Shown in pieces: positions 27,505-37,043 of a stretch of DNA of 64,000 nucleotides. How positions within the stretch are numbered: the first letter of the stretch is position 1; each line of letters opens with the position of its first letter. Origin of the DNA: an uncultured bacterium (GTDB lineage: Bacteria; Babelota; Babeliae; Babelales; Vermiphilaceae). The position numbers and the translations under genes were made by a program. The notes under the pieces were generated by a model. That model ran no database searches, had not been told where the DNA came from, and worked only from the letters and a program-made list of their open reading frames with translations. Location of the stretch: NCBI GenBank assembly GCA_963788045.1, contig CAWBEW010000002.1, positions 118,596 through 182,595 of the forward strand. Direction: 5' to 3'.

Positions 27505-27645
27505 CACACATCCTGCCCTTCGACAAGCTCAGGATGAAATCCGCCTTTGAGGCGCGCGCCCGCCATAGCTCGAAGAGCGACGGCTGGGTATCGAAGGATC
27601 GGCCAATGGTTCGATACGATCGCTATCGCGATCACTCACCATGTG
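27505..27645. repeat. composite repeat: short module B + module C + module B/A junction
   Basis: CACACATCCTGCCCTTCGACAAGCTCAGGATGA, CCCGCCATAGCTCGAAGAGCGACGGCTGGG, GTATCGAAGGATCGGCCAATGGTTCGATACGATCGCTATCGCGATCACTCACCATGTG. Confidence 0.8.
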
Positions 27646-27754
27646 TAAATACATCTAACACATCAAAATTTAATTTCTAAAATCTGTCCTTTATGATATA
27701 ATTATATCATAGAATTTTGTCACAAAATATAATTTATTTAAAAATACAAAAAGT

Positions 27755-28897
27755 ATGCAGCCACTCGCATCCAAAATCCGTCCTACCTCTCTTGATCACT
27801 TTGTTGGCCAAGATCATCTGGTTGGCCATGGCAAACCAGTACGAGTTGCCATGGAAAAAAAACATCTTTTTAGCTTTATTTTCTGGGGACCTCCCGGAGT
27901 CGGCAAAACAACCCTTGCGCGGATGTATGCCAAAGCTCTAGATGTACACTATTTTGAGCTCTCTGCTGTTTCGGCCAGTAAAGATGATATTAGAAAAATT
28001 GTAGAAATCGGCCCCAATTTAACTATAGATTCCAAACCAAAAGTTTTATTTCTCGATGAAATTCACCGCTTTAATAAAGCCCAACAGGATTATCTATTGC
28101 CTTTTGTGGAATCTGGTCGGCTGGTTCTTATTGGAGCAACCACTGAAAATCCCAGTTTTGAGGTAATTTCAGCATTACTTTCTCGTTGCAAAGTTTTTGT
28201 ACTCAAAGAGCTCAATCATGAAGATATGCAAAAAATTGTTGCAATGACCGGAATATCCGTCGATCAAGAATCTCAAGATTGGCTTATTTCCATGGCAAAT
28301 GGCGATGCACGCCAATTAATCTCAACGTTGGAAAACACCCATCAGCTGTATGGGCAAATCACGGTAGAAAATCTTAAAAGTGCCGTCCAAAATACTCATT
28401 TGCGCTATGATAAAAAAGCAGAAGAACATTACAATACCATATCAGCATTTATCAAATCGATGAGAGCAAGCCAACCCGATGCGGCACTCTATTATCTTGC
28501 TCGGATGATCCAAGCCGGAGAAGATCCAAAATTTATTGCACGCAGAATGGTGATTTTTGCTTCAGAAGATATTGGGCTTGAAGATCCCATGGCATTAACG
28601 ATCGCCAACAATGTTTTTCGAGCTGTCGAAATTATTGGTTATCCTGAATGCGGCATTAATTTGGCTCACGGGGTTTGCTATCTATCCCAATCCCCCAAAA
28701 GCAAAGCTTCCTATTATGCCTATCTTGCTGCAATGGAAGATGCAAAACATGGAGGCAATCTTCCCATCCCCCTAAAAATTCGCAATGCCCCCACTCAACT
28801 TATGAAAGAACTTGAGTATGGCAAAGGGTATGAAAAATACACCAAAGAAGATCTTTTGCCTGATGCATTAAAAGGTAAAAAATATTTGATACAGTAA
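27755..28897 (+). CDS. rarA: replication-associated recombination protein A (RarA/MgsA)
   Basis: [33 protein letters not shown] and [15 protein letters not shown] motifs. C-terminal MgsA helical domain. Confidence 0.85.
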   Translation: MQPLASKIRPTSLDHFVGQDHLVGHGKPVRVAMEKKHLFSFIFWGPPGVGKTTLARMYAKALDVHYFELSAVSASKDDIRKIVEIGPNLTIDSKPKVLFLDEIHRFNKAQQDYLLPFVESGRLVLIGATTENPSFEVISALLSRCKVFVLKELNHEDMQKIVAMTGISVDQESQDWLISMANGDARQLISTLENTHQLYGQITVENLKSAVQNTHLRYDKKAEEHYNTISAFIKSMRASQPDAALYYLARMIQAGEDPKFIARRMVIFASEDIGLEDPMALTIANNVFRAVEIIGYPECGINLAHGVCYLSQSPKSKASYYAYLAAMEDAKHGGNLPIPLKIRNAPTQLMKELEYGKGYEKYTKEDLLPDALKGKKYLIQ

Positions 28898-28911
28898 AAA
28901 AGGATTTCCGG

Positions 28912-29619
28912 ATGATTATAAAGCGCATACAATTTTTGGTAATCGCAGTCTGTTTTAGCCACGGCGGGCAACTAAACATACAGGCAGATTCACAATTTGC
29001 GCCGTTCTCAACAAAACAAATGATTTTAAACGATATGCTTATAAAAGCAGCATCAAAAGGAAATAAAGCGTTAGTTGAGATACTGATTTGCCATGGAGCA
29101 CATATACATGCAAAAGATGATAATGGCGATACGTGCATAACTAAAGCAGCATTTTTTGGCCATGAGGCAATTGTATTGCTTTTGCTCAATAAAGGAGCTG
29201 ATAAAAACGCGGCCAACATATGGGGTTGCACTCCCCTTATATATGCTGCTCGAAATTGGAATAGTGAGGTTTTAAGGCTCTTACTTAAGAGTGGCGTTGA
29301 TATGGACAAAAAAGATTATAAGGGGCGTACCGCCCTTATTTTCGCTGCAATGAATGGCGATGAAGTAGCGGTGCAATCTTTACTTGAAGCTGATACCACT
29401 ATCAATATTCGCAACAATCTCGCCTGGGATATCTTAGATGCTCTCAGGTTTGCCATTGCATATTGGCACACAGAAGTAGTGAGACTTTTAATGCATCACA
29501 AAATTCCTGGCAAACAGGAATTTGCAATTTCTAAACAAGCCGCTGAAGACATCCTCAAAGAGCAGGTTAGTACTGAAATGAAAGAGTTGGTGAATGTTGA
29601 AATACGGCAAAGAAACTAG
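28912..29619 (+). CDS. ankyrin-repeat protein
   Basis: Repeats GNKALVEILICHGAHIHAKDDNGDT, GHEAIVLLLLNKGADKNAAN, LLLKSGVDMDKKDYKGRTALIFAAMNGDE. Confidence 0.8.
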   Translation: MIIKRIQFLVIAVCFSHGGQLNIQADSQFAPFSTKQMILNDMLIKAASKGNKALVEILICHGAHIHAKDDNGDTCITKAAFFGHEAIVLLLLNKGADKNAANIWGCTPLIYAARNWNSEVLRLLLKSGVDMDKKDYKGRTALIFAAMNGDEVAVQSLLEADTTINIRNNLAWDILDALRFAIAYWHTEVVRLLMHHKIPGKQEFAISKQAAEDILKEQVSTEMKELVNVEIRQRN

Positions 29620-29632
29620 GTAATGTAATAGC

Positions 29633-30079
29633 TTAATTATAATGAGCAAGAAGCAGCTCTGCCGCATGCCATTGGGTGCGTTCTTTATCAGAAAGCACTA
29701 TTCTGGGATTTTCTGAAATTCTCCGACGAATATCTTGGGTAATCTTACCCGCCTTGATCACTTGAAATAGCTTGGGCAATTGTTTCTTATAAGCTTTTGC
29801 CAAATCATACGGGGTCTGATCGTCTTTATCTTTGGCATCTACCTGTATATCAGTTTGTTCCAGGATTAAAACAGCAAGGCACGCTTTTTTTTCATCTTCC
29901 TCGGCTAGACTAATATTCAGAACATCTTTAAAGGGTAGGCCCGGAAGATAATGCAATAAATTTCTTTCGCGCGAATCCACTGCCCAATTCGGGGCATTTA
30001 TAGAAATGGTAAGGGACGTTTGCATCCCAAGCACGCTGCCATTTGCCAATAAAAAAAATATCATTACTCTCTGCATCAT
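29633..30079 (-). CDS. secreted hypothetical protein with one ankyrin-like repeat
   Basis: MMQRVMIFFLLANGSVLG signal-like. VDAKDKDDQTPYDLAKAYKK ankyrin-like turn. Confidence 0.45.
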   Translation of the reverse strand: MMQRVMIFFLLANGSVLGMQTSLTISINAPNWAVDSRERNLLHYLPGLPFKDVLNISLAEEDEKKACLAVLILEQTDIQVDAKDKDDQTPYDLAKAYKKQLPKLFQVIKAGKITQDIRRRISENPRIVLSDKERTQWHAAELLLAHYN

Positions 30080-30174
30080 ACCCTCATAACATAATCCACC
30101 AATTACTCTATATCTTGGCAATCACTTTTGGGAATATCTGCTCAGAGAAAAATATCCGTCTCTCTATTTTAAAG

Positions 30175-31665
30175 CTAATTTACCAATTGTTGCACATCAT
30201 GGGGATGGCTTTCTCGAATGCCTGCTGCGGTGATTTCAACAAATACCCCATTTCCGCGCAACTGTTCAATCGTGGTAGTGCCGCAATAACTCATGCCAGA
30301 GTATAATCCCCCCAGCAATTGCTGCACGCATTCAACCACGCTGCCTTTATACGGCGTTAATGCCTCAACTCCCTCAGGCACAAAATCATTAACATTGCGC
30401 TTTTCATTCAGTTTGCTCGTGCGAGCCAAATTTGCACCAAAAGATGCCATACCACGCACCACCTTATATTTTTTACCATTTTTCATGAAGGGGATGCCAG
30501 GGCTTTCATCAGTTCCTGCCAGCAAGCTGCCCAGCATCACTGTTGAGGCACCCGCTGCAATCGCTTTGGTAATATCGCCCGAATATTTAATGCCGCCATC
30601 TGCAATCACCGGCACGCCAAAGGCATCAGCTTCGTGCGCGCAATGGAGAACAGCGCTCAATTGCGGATAACCGCTTCCGGTAGTAATGCGGGTGGTGCAA
30701 ATTGATCCAGGCCCGATGCCTACTTTAATAGCATCTGCTCCTGCCTCAATAAGCTCTTGGGTGCCGGCAGCCGTGGCTACGTTTCCGGCAATCACATCAA
30801 CATGGGGAAATTTCTGCTTGAGCTGTTTTAAAACCTGTATTGCTAACTCCGAATGCCCATGCGCAATATCGATTACCAGAACATCAACCCCCGCCTCTAC
30901 CAGCGCCTTGGCACGATCAATGGCATCTTCTTTTACCCCAATTGCTGCACCAACTAATAATCTTCCGTGCGCATCAATCGAAGCTGAGGGATATTCTGCT
31001 TTTACATAAATATCTTTGCTGGTAATAAGACCCGCAATCGTATCATCAGGATTTACTAAAGGAAGTTTTTCAATACGATTTTCAATCATTAATTGTTTGG
31101 CATCAGCAATACTAATTTCAGGAGTTCCAACAATTAATTGATTGCGTGGGGTCATAAATTCACACACTAATCGCTTTTCATCAGGGCGAAAACGAATATC
31201 TCTGCTGGTAATAATTCCTATCAACTTCTGCTGTGCATTAATTACTAACAACCCTTTAATATCATGTTCTGCCATGAGCATACGCGCATCGGCCAATGTC
31301 GCATTGCATGAAACAGTAAGCGGATTCCTGATAATTGCATTGCGATACCGTTTTACTTTGGTAACCTCATATACTTGTTGTTCAATGGTATTAAATCGGT
31401 GAATAATACCGATCCCGCCCAATTGCGCCATGGTAATAGCCATGGATGATTCAGTCACCGTATCCATATTGGAACTTACGATCGGCATATTGAGCCAGAT
31501 ATTTTTTGAAAGTTTGGTTTTAGTACTCACCTGCTTGCGAGATTCAACCGTAGATTTTTGGGGAACCAAAAGCACATCATCATAACTGTACGCTTTTTCT
31601 AAAAATTCTACTTTCGCGCTTGCTTCGCAAAATACTAGGAATAAAATTATAATTAATTTATTCAT
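30175..31665 (-). CDS. guaB: IMP dehydrogenase with CBS pair and a hydrophobic N-terminal extension
   Basis: [14 protein letters not shown] region and [11 protein letters not shown] catalytic loop. The first ATG gives [17 protein letters not shown] ahead of the conserved start. AGGTGA SD. Confidence 0.9.
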   Translation of the reverse strand: MNKLIIILFLVFCEASAKVEFLEKAYSYDDVLLVPQKSTVESRKQVSTKTKLSKNIWLNMPIVSSNMDTVTESSMAITMAQLGGIGIIHRFNTIEQQVYEVTKVKRYRNAIIRNPLTVSCNATLADARMLMAEHDIKGLLVINAQQKLIGIITSRDIRFRPDEKRLVCEFMTPRNQLIVGTPEISIADAKQLMIENRIEKLPLVNPDDTIAGLITSKDIYVKAEYPSASIDAHGRLLVGAAIGVKEDAIDRAKALVEAGVDVLVIDIAHGHSELAIQVLKQLKQKFPHVDVIAGNVATAAGTQELIEAGADAIKVGIGPGSICTTRITTGSGYPQLSAVLHCAHEADAFGVPVIADGGIKYSGDITKAIAAGASTVMLGSLLAGTDESPGIPFMKNGKKYKVVRGMASFGANLARTSKLNEKRNVNDFVPEGVEALTPYKGSVVECVQQLLGGLYSGMSYCGTTTIEQLRGNGVFVEITAAGIRESHPHDVQQLVN

Positions 31666-31703
31666 TACTTCACCTTTATTAAAACATAAACAAAACGGGT
31701 TGT

Positions 31704-32798
31704 ATGATAGTTCAAAAAAAATCAAAATACAAGCTAAAAACTCATTTCTTATTTTTTAGTTTTTTATTTGCGTTCGCATCTCTTTGGGGATCGCAAGATC
31801 CCTCAAAACATCAAAAATATGAATCTTTCAAAAAACTTTTGCCGGCGGATGATACAACAATCACCTCAATTGAAGATCTTTGTGCCGGAGTGAACACCGA
31901 TATTTCATTATGTAAAACTTCTAAAATGCACTATCTTTTAAGAAGCCCTAAAGCAAAAAAACGGAGCGATTTTTTCACAAAAATGATGCATGTACACCAG
32001 GTGATTTCTGAGCAAAAAAACAGCCCCAAAGTTTATAACTATGACCATGATTCCCAACAAATTCTTATGGAATATATAGAAAATAAACAACCATGGCCCC
32101 GCTATGAAGAATCGCCTGCGCTCTATCATGAAACGGTAAGAGCCTTAAGGCAATTTCATGAAACTGTCTCTAATCCCAACTGCTTTAGCTGTAATTATCC
32201 TCGTGACTATTGGCCGTTTGGCTGGTTGTCCAAACATCCCTTTAATCAAAATCCCCAGGCATATAAAATCCCCGAACAATTAACACAGGCATATGCAAGA
32301 ATTAAAGTCATCGCAGGGAAATTTGCCCCTGCCCCTTCAAAGCGTCCGAGCGTGTGCCATGGGGATTTTCATCAAGGCAATATACTTCTTGAATCGAATG
32401 GGAATGGAATCCGCCCTAAAATAATTGATTTTGATACCATTGAGTATGGAGATCATTTTTATGACCTGGCACGATTTACCAATGAACTTCATAGCAATCA
32501 ACACCTGGCATTATTAAAAACATATTTAGGTGAACGCGAGCCCACCCAAGACGAAATTGAACATTATTCAGTTATTTATAGTATTCATACTGTTGTAGAT
32601 TCAACAATACGGCTTGAAACTTTAAACAACAAGCAGCAATTGCCCACTCAAACCAATCATAACGCCCAAGCACACGTTGACTTTACCTACGCAGTGAAAC
32701 GCCTTGATCAGTTTTTAAAAAATACACAGCATTATTCGAAGAACGAAACTATACAGGAAAAAAATCAAGCACAAACTCAAATGAAATACACATCCTGA
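31704..32798 (+). CDS. APH/choline-kinase-like phosphotransferase with signal-like N-terminus
   Basis: VCHGDFHQGNILL ... IIDFDTIEYGDHFYDLARF (catalytic loop plus DFD). THFLFFSFLFAFASLWG hydrophobic segment. The stop codon lies inside a repeat. Confidence 0.65.
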   Translation: MIVQKKSKYKLKTHFLFFSFLFAFASLWGSQDPSKHQKYESFKKLLPADDTTITSIEDLCAGVNTDISLCKTSKMHYLLRSPKAKKRSDFFTKMMHVHQVISEQKNSPKVYNYDHDSQQILMEYIENKQPWPRYEESPALYHETVRALRQFHETVSNPNCFSCNYPRDYWPFGWLSKHPFNQNPQAYKIPEQLTQAYARIKVIAGKFAPAPSKRPSVCHGDFHQGNILLESNGNGIRPKIIDFDTIEYGDHFYDLARFTNELHSNQHLALLKTYLGEREPTQDEIEHYSVIYSIHTVVDSTIRLETLNNKQQLPTQTNHNAQAHVDFTYAVKRLDQFLKNTQHYSKNETIQEKNQAQTQMKYTS

Positions 32799-32946
32799 GT
32801 AGCAGCCATTGGCTGCGTATCGAAGGATTGGCAAATAATGCCAAAGTTAAAACTGCGCTATCTATTTTTACAATGCAAAGCATTATTCTTTTTAGAACTG
32901 GCCCATCCTTCGATACGCGATGCACAGCATCTCTACTCAGGATGTG
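32789..32946. repeat. MITE-like unit: two inverted module B copies flanking about 75 nt
   Basis: CACATCCTGAGT-AGCAGCCATTGGCTGC-GTATCGAAGGAT (32789-32830) and ATCCTTCGATAC-GCGATGCACAGCATCTC-TACTCAGGATGTG (32905-32946). Confidence 0.75.
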
Positions 32947-33059
32947 TAATTGTGGTGCTAGTTGTGACCCTTCGGACTTTCCTGAAAAGATCTCTTGATT
33001 TTATCTAAATCAAAATGCCATTATATTCTTAGAATCTATTTAATTTAGGGGAGTTTTGT

Positions 33060-33341
33060 ATGATAAAGAATTTTATTTTGCTCGTTAGCATGGCATCATG
33101 CGTACTTATTACCGCTAATCCGGAAAAACAACTTTGCACACAAGGCCAATGCAGCAAAAGAAATGCAAATGCATGCAGCTGCTATTGCTCAGTAAAATGC
33201 GGACCGCGAAAAATTGAGCCAGAAGATACGCCAAAATATGATGAAGAAACCGGCCAATGTTTTTGCCAACCACGCGATAAATCTTTATACAAAAGAAATA
33301 GCTGCAATGTTAAAGAAGAAAGAAAATTGATGCGTAAATAA
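33060..33341 (+). CDS. small secreted Cys-rich protein
   Basis: 93 aa. Signal MIKNFILLVSMASCVLITA. 12 Cys in the mature part (CTQGQCSKRNANACSCYCSVKCG ... CFCQP ... C). Confidence 0.55.
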   Translation: MIKNFILLVSMASCVLITANPEKQLCTQGQCSKRNANACSCYCSVKCGPRKIEPEDTPKYDEETGQCFCQPRDKSLYKRNSCNVKEERKLMRK

Positions 33342-33360
33342 ATTTAAGCCGTTCATTTCG

Positions 33361-33490
33361 ATCCTTCGACAAGCTCAGGATGATCGGGGGTTATGCGAGC
33401 GTACCCGCCGAAGCTTTTAGCGTAGGCTGGGTCGAGAAATAAAAACTTCTCGATTCGGCCTTCGGCCTCACTCGAAGCGAACGGTGAGTA
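33361..33490. repeat. composite repeat: short module B + module C + GC hairpin module
   Basis: ATCCTTCGACAAGCTCAGGATGA, CCCGCCGAAGCTTTTAGCGTAGGCTGG, TTCGGCCTTCGGCCTCACTCGAAGCGAACGGTGAG. Confidence 0.75.
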
Positions 33491-33505
33491 CTTTTCATGC
33501 GCCTA

Positions 33506-33895
33506 TTACTCATCTACTTCTTTACTAAAAGGGCACGTTGATTGCCCGCAAATAGAACAAAGAACCATTCTTTTTTTCTTTTGAGCGCTATTTGCTGATA
33601 CCTGCGCTTTAATAAAATTATCAACCGAAGCATTGTTTTGAATGATGTTTTGCGCGATTGCAGCCATATCAGATTTTAAATCGGCAATACCATCATCCTC
33701 TTCTTGAGATTGAGGGTGTTGCTGGTGCTGATGATCGATTTGCTTATCATCATTTGAATACCACCGCTGCTTCTTTTGATCTTTCTTGGATTGAGTTTGC
33801 TGCTGGTCATGCTGCTGGCGCTGCTGCTGTTGTTGCATACCGGATGCGTTAACGCTAAAAAACATGCTTATCACTAAAATTATTATTTTATTCAT
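33506..33895 (-). CDS. secreted Gln-rich protein with C-terminal Cys cluster (paralog pair member)
   Basis: Signal MNKIIILVISMFFSVNA, MQQQQQRQQ, KKQRWYSNDDKQ, C-terminal CSICGQSTCP. Confidence 0.6.
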   Translation of the reverse strand: MNKIIILVISMFFSVNASGMQQQQQRQQHDQQQTQSKKDQKKQRWYSNDDKQIDHQHQQHPQSQEEDDGIADLKSDMAAIAQNIIQNNASVDNFIKAQVSANSAQKKKRMVLCSICGQSTCPFSKEVDE

Positions 33896-33908
33896 AATTA
33901 ACCTCTAT

Positions 33909-34313
33909 TTATACCTGCAATCCGCCACACAACGGGCAGCCGCAGAGCATAATATTACCATGAGCAATGCGATCTTTATCAGCTCCACAGACTTCTGCCG
34001 GTCTACCGCACGTCGGGCAAATCCGCTGATGTTCTTTGTGCTTTAATGTTTCAACCATAGTGGTAACTGCACCATGCTCTTGATTAATTTGATTCATGAT
34101 TACGGCAAGCATTGCATTCAAATCGGCAGTTTCAGGATCAGCTGCTGGCAGCTCGGGCTGCTTATCATCATTTGAATACCAGCGCGGTTTCTTTTGATTT
34201 TTCTGCTTTTCTTTTTGCTGGACTTGATCTGCTTGCTTTTGTGTTTGCTGCATCATGGCAGGCAAAGAGCCTGCCACGAGCATTGGCAATATTAGCAGTG
34301 CTATTTTATTCAT
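33909..34313 (-). CDS. secreted Gln-rich protein with C-terminal Cys cluster (paralog pair member)
   Basis: Signal MNKIALLILPMLVAGSLPA, KKPRWYSNDDKQ, C-terminal CPTCGRPAEVCG ... CGCPLCGG. Confidence 0.6.
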   Translation of the reverse strand: MNKIALLILPMLVAGSLPAMMQQTQKQADQVQQKEKQKNQKKPRWYSNDDKQPELPAADPETADLNAMLAVIMNQINQEHGAVTTMVETLKHKEHQRICPTCGRPAEVCGADKDRIAHGNIMLCGCPLCGGLQV

Positions 34314-34315
34314 GA

Positions 34316-37043
34316 TTAAAATACCTTATCAGGCAGAATATACGTGCCTTTCTTTTGACCTTCGGCAATCTTAAGATCAGCCAATGCCTGGTCAAAGTTA
34401 GCCTGAGTGATAAGCGTCTGGCGATTTCTCATAGCAAGTTGAGCCGCTTTATCAACCAGATTCTTAATATCGGCTGCGTTGCATCCTTCCATCGCTTTTG
34501 CAAGCACATCAAACGATATCGTGGTATCCACCGGCTTGCCTTTGCAATAGAATGCAAAGAGCGCCATACGTTTTTCATAGTTAGGCAATGCAACTTCAAT
34601 AATGGTGTCGAACCTACCCGCACGCATTAATGCAGGATCCAAGAGTGTTGGGGCATTGGTTGCCGCCATTACTATCACCGATTCGTCTTTATAGAATCCA
34701 TCCATTTGCGTGAGTAATTCGGTGATCGTTTGATTCGTTTCAGAAGTATCAGCGGTAGCACGGGATCCGATCGCATCAATTTCATCGATGAAGATAATCG
34801 TTTTACCAAAACGGTTACCTTCTGCTTTGGTACGCGCATCATTAAAGAGATCTCGCACACGCTGAGCCCCGACACCAACATATTTTTCTATAAATTCAGA
34901 ACCTTTTGCTTGAATAAACTCGCACCCGGTTTCTTCAGCAATTGCACGCGCAAGCGCCGTTTTACCGGTTCCTGGAGGGCCTGCTAATAAGACACCTTTT
35001 GGAAATGGAACTCCAAAAGCCGAATAGTTATATTCTCCCTTGATCATCTTGACCAAGTCTTCAATAGATGGATCAACCCCACCTACCAAACGCTTAAATC
35101 CTTTGACAGCATCTTTGCCGCCAAAGATTACATCAAGCGCATCCAACTGCTGTTGAATATCTTTATCACCTTTGATCATACGTTCTTTAAGAGTCTTTCT
35201 GATCGCTTCCACAAAATGCTTTTGCTTAAGGCTTTTAATACCCTCTTTTAACGCTGCTGCAGATGCCTTTTGAACCAATTCTTTTAAATCAGCCGGACTA
35301 AAATTATTAGCAGCTTCAGCTATTTTTCTCAGGTTAACATCAGGATCAAGCGGAATATTGGCAGTATAAAGCTTTAACACCTGCTCACGTTTATTAAGAT
35401 CAGGCAAGCCAATTTTGATAATCTTGCTGAATCTGCCCGGACGCAATAATGCTGGATCAATATTATTTGGGTGATTTGAAGCAGCCATCACGATGATAGA
35501 ATTATCTTCTTCAAATCCATCCATCTGGGTTAATAATTCAGTAATGGTCGCATCAAGAGAGTTACCTTGGCGCTTACCAATTGAATCAAGCTCATCAATA
35601 AAGATTATCGTTTTCTTTGACTCGCTATTTACTGCTTTTTGGCGTGCTTCTTTAAAAAGATCGCGGACCTTTTGAGCACCCGCGCCCACAAATTGGTCCA
35701 CAAATTCTGCAGCCGAAACTGCCATAAATTCGCAACCGGCCTCTTCTGAAAGCGCTCGCACTAATGAAGTCTTACCCGTTCCTGGAGGGCCAGAGAGCAA
35801 GATCCCTTTTGGCAAATCTAAGCCATACTTTTTATACACTTCATCATTCTTGATCTGTTTTACCAACTCAGTGATCTCATCAGGAACCTCACCAACTAGG
35901 CGCGCAAATCCCTTCTTTTCTTCTTTTTTTTGATTAAGAAGACTCAACATTACTTTTACCCGTACTGATACATCTTTATCAATACGCCCTTTAGCTTGAA
36001 GCACTTTTATGATTGCCTCAATCATATGTTTTTCAGTAATAAATGATGCTTGGTCTCGTTTAGCAAATATATGCGCATAGTTTATTAATTGTTTTAAATC
36101 CGCGGGAGTAAAGTTATAGGTAAATTGCGCAATCCTGCTTACATTCAGACGAGAATCAAAGGGAACGTTGCCCGCTTGATTAAATTTGATAAGCATTGCT
36201 TCCCGTTCTGCCGGGTTAGGCAATTGCATTTCAATTATTTTATCAAAACGGCCAGAACGTAAAAATGATTTTTCAAAATTTTCTGTGCTTGTACTTGCTC
36301 CGATGACAATTACTGAATCATCTTTAGCAAATCCATCCATCTCATTTAACAATGCGATCGCATCATTGGATAGTTTTTGATGTCGCAAAAACATCAAGAT
36401 CATCGAGAAATAAAACGGTTTTGCCATGTCTATTTGATTGAGCCTTCTTTCGTGCCGCTTCAAAAACTTTCTGGATATCTTCAGCGGTGATGCCTGCAGC
36501 ACTTTGATACATAAAGGGGCAGTCTAATTCTTCTGAAAGCGCCTTTGCTACACTCGTTTTACCGCTGCCAGTTTGCCCTATCAAAAAAATGCCGCGCGAT
36601 TGCTTGATAGCATATCGTGTATTTGTGCTGATGTTTGCATCTTTAAAATAACTTGCAAACTCGATAATCTCTTGCGGAACGGATCCTTCCAGAGCCGCAA
36701 AACCCTTGGGTGCCACTGGAACATTTACAACCGGGCTTGGATTTTGATTGTAGGGATTGCCAAATTGGTTATTCCTATTACCGCCTAAATTATTAGGATT
36801 ATAAGAATTATAGGGTTGATTATTATTCTGATACATTCCTGCATGCGCCGGCACTATCGCCATGATACTTGCAAGAAAAATAAACTTACCAAACCGTTCG
36901 GGTCGATGGAAGCCTGCAAGGCTGAATGGAGACCTCTCCACTCGGCTCCTTTCGGAGCCTCTATCGAGGCGAACGGAGGATGGAAAATATAGCTTCGAAG
37001 GGGATTTAAGTAGTGAATAATAATTCATGAGTAAAATCTCCAT
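34316..37043 (-). CDS. three-module classic-clade AAA+ ATPase (Cdc48/FtsH-like), interrupted by one frameshift
   Basis: ORFs 36363-37043 and 34316-36502 overlap by 140 nt. Walker A GQTGSGKT and Walker B LFLDDLD of module 1 are in the first ORF; its continuation SNDAIALLNEMDGF ... RSGRFD is in the second. Modules 2 and 3 are intact (GPPGTGKT, IFIDELD/IFIDEID, RPGRF/RAGRF). ATG abuts the upstream stop (TAAATG). Confidence 0.8.
36894..36976. repeat. module F palindromic element inside the 5' coding region of the AAA+ gene
   Basis: Reverse complement of 2701-2774, with different loop sequences that still self-pair. Translated as SSVRLDRGSERSRVERSPFSLAGFHRPER. Confidence 0.8.

Noticed and set aside
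27717-27941. 74-aa ORF overlapping the rarA start
   Set aside because: It is an alternative frame of the rarA 5' region. The rarA frame carries the conserved motifs.
30293-31402. Long plus-strand ORFs (30293-30670, 30686-31009, 31142-31402) opposite guaB
   Set aside because: They are antisense shadows of a well-supported IMPDH gene. Their Ala/Pro/Ser-rich compositions are typical of reverse frames, and there are no start signals.
33658-34315. Plus-strand ORFs 33658-33852, 33864-34046 and 34112-34315
   Set aside because: They are antisense frames of the Gln-rich genes (CAG/CAA runs read as Ala/Leu-rich peptides) and have no independent support.
36363-36502. Programmed ribosomal frameshift in the AAA+ gene
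   Set aside because: The site is a plain A5 run needing a +1 shift. There is no recognised slippery heptamer or stimulatory structure. A simple indel or sequencing error is more parsimonious.
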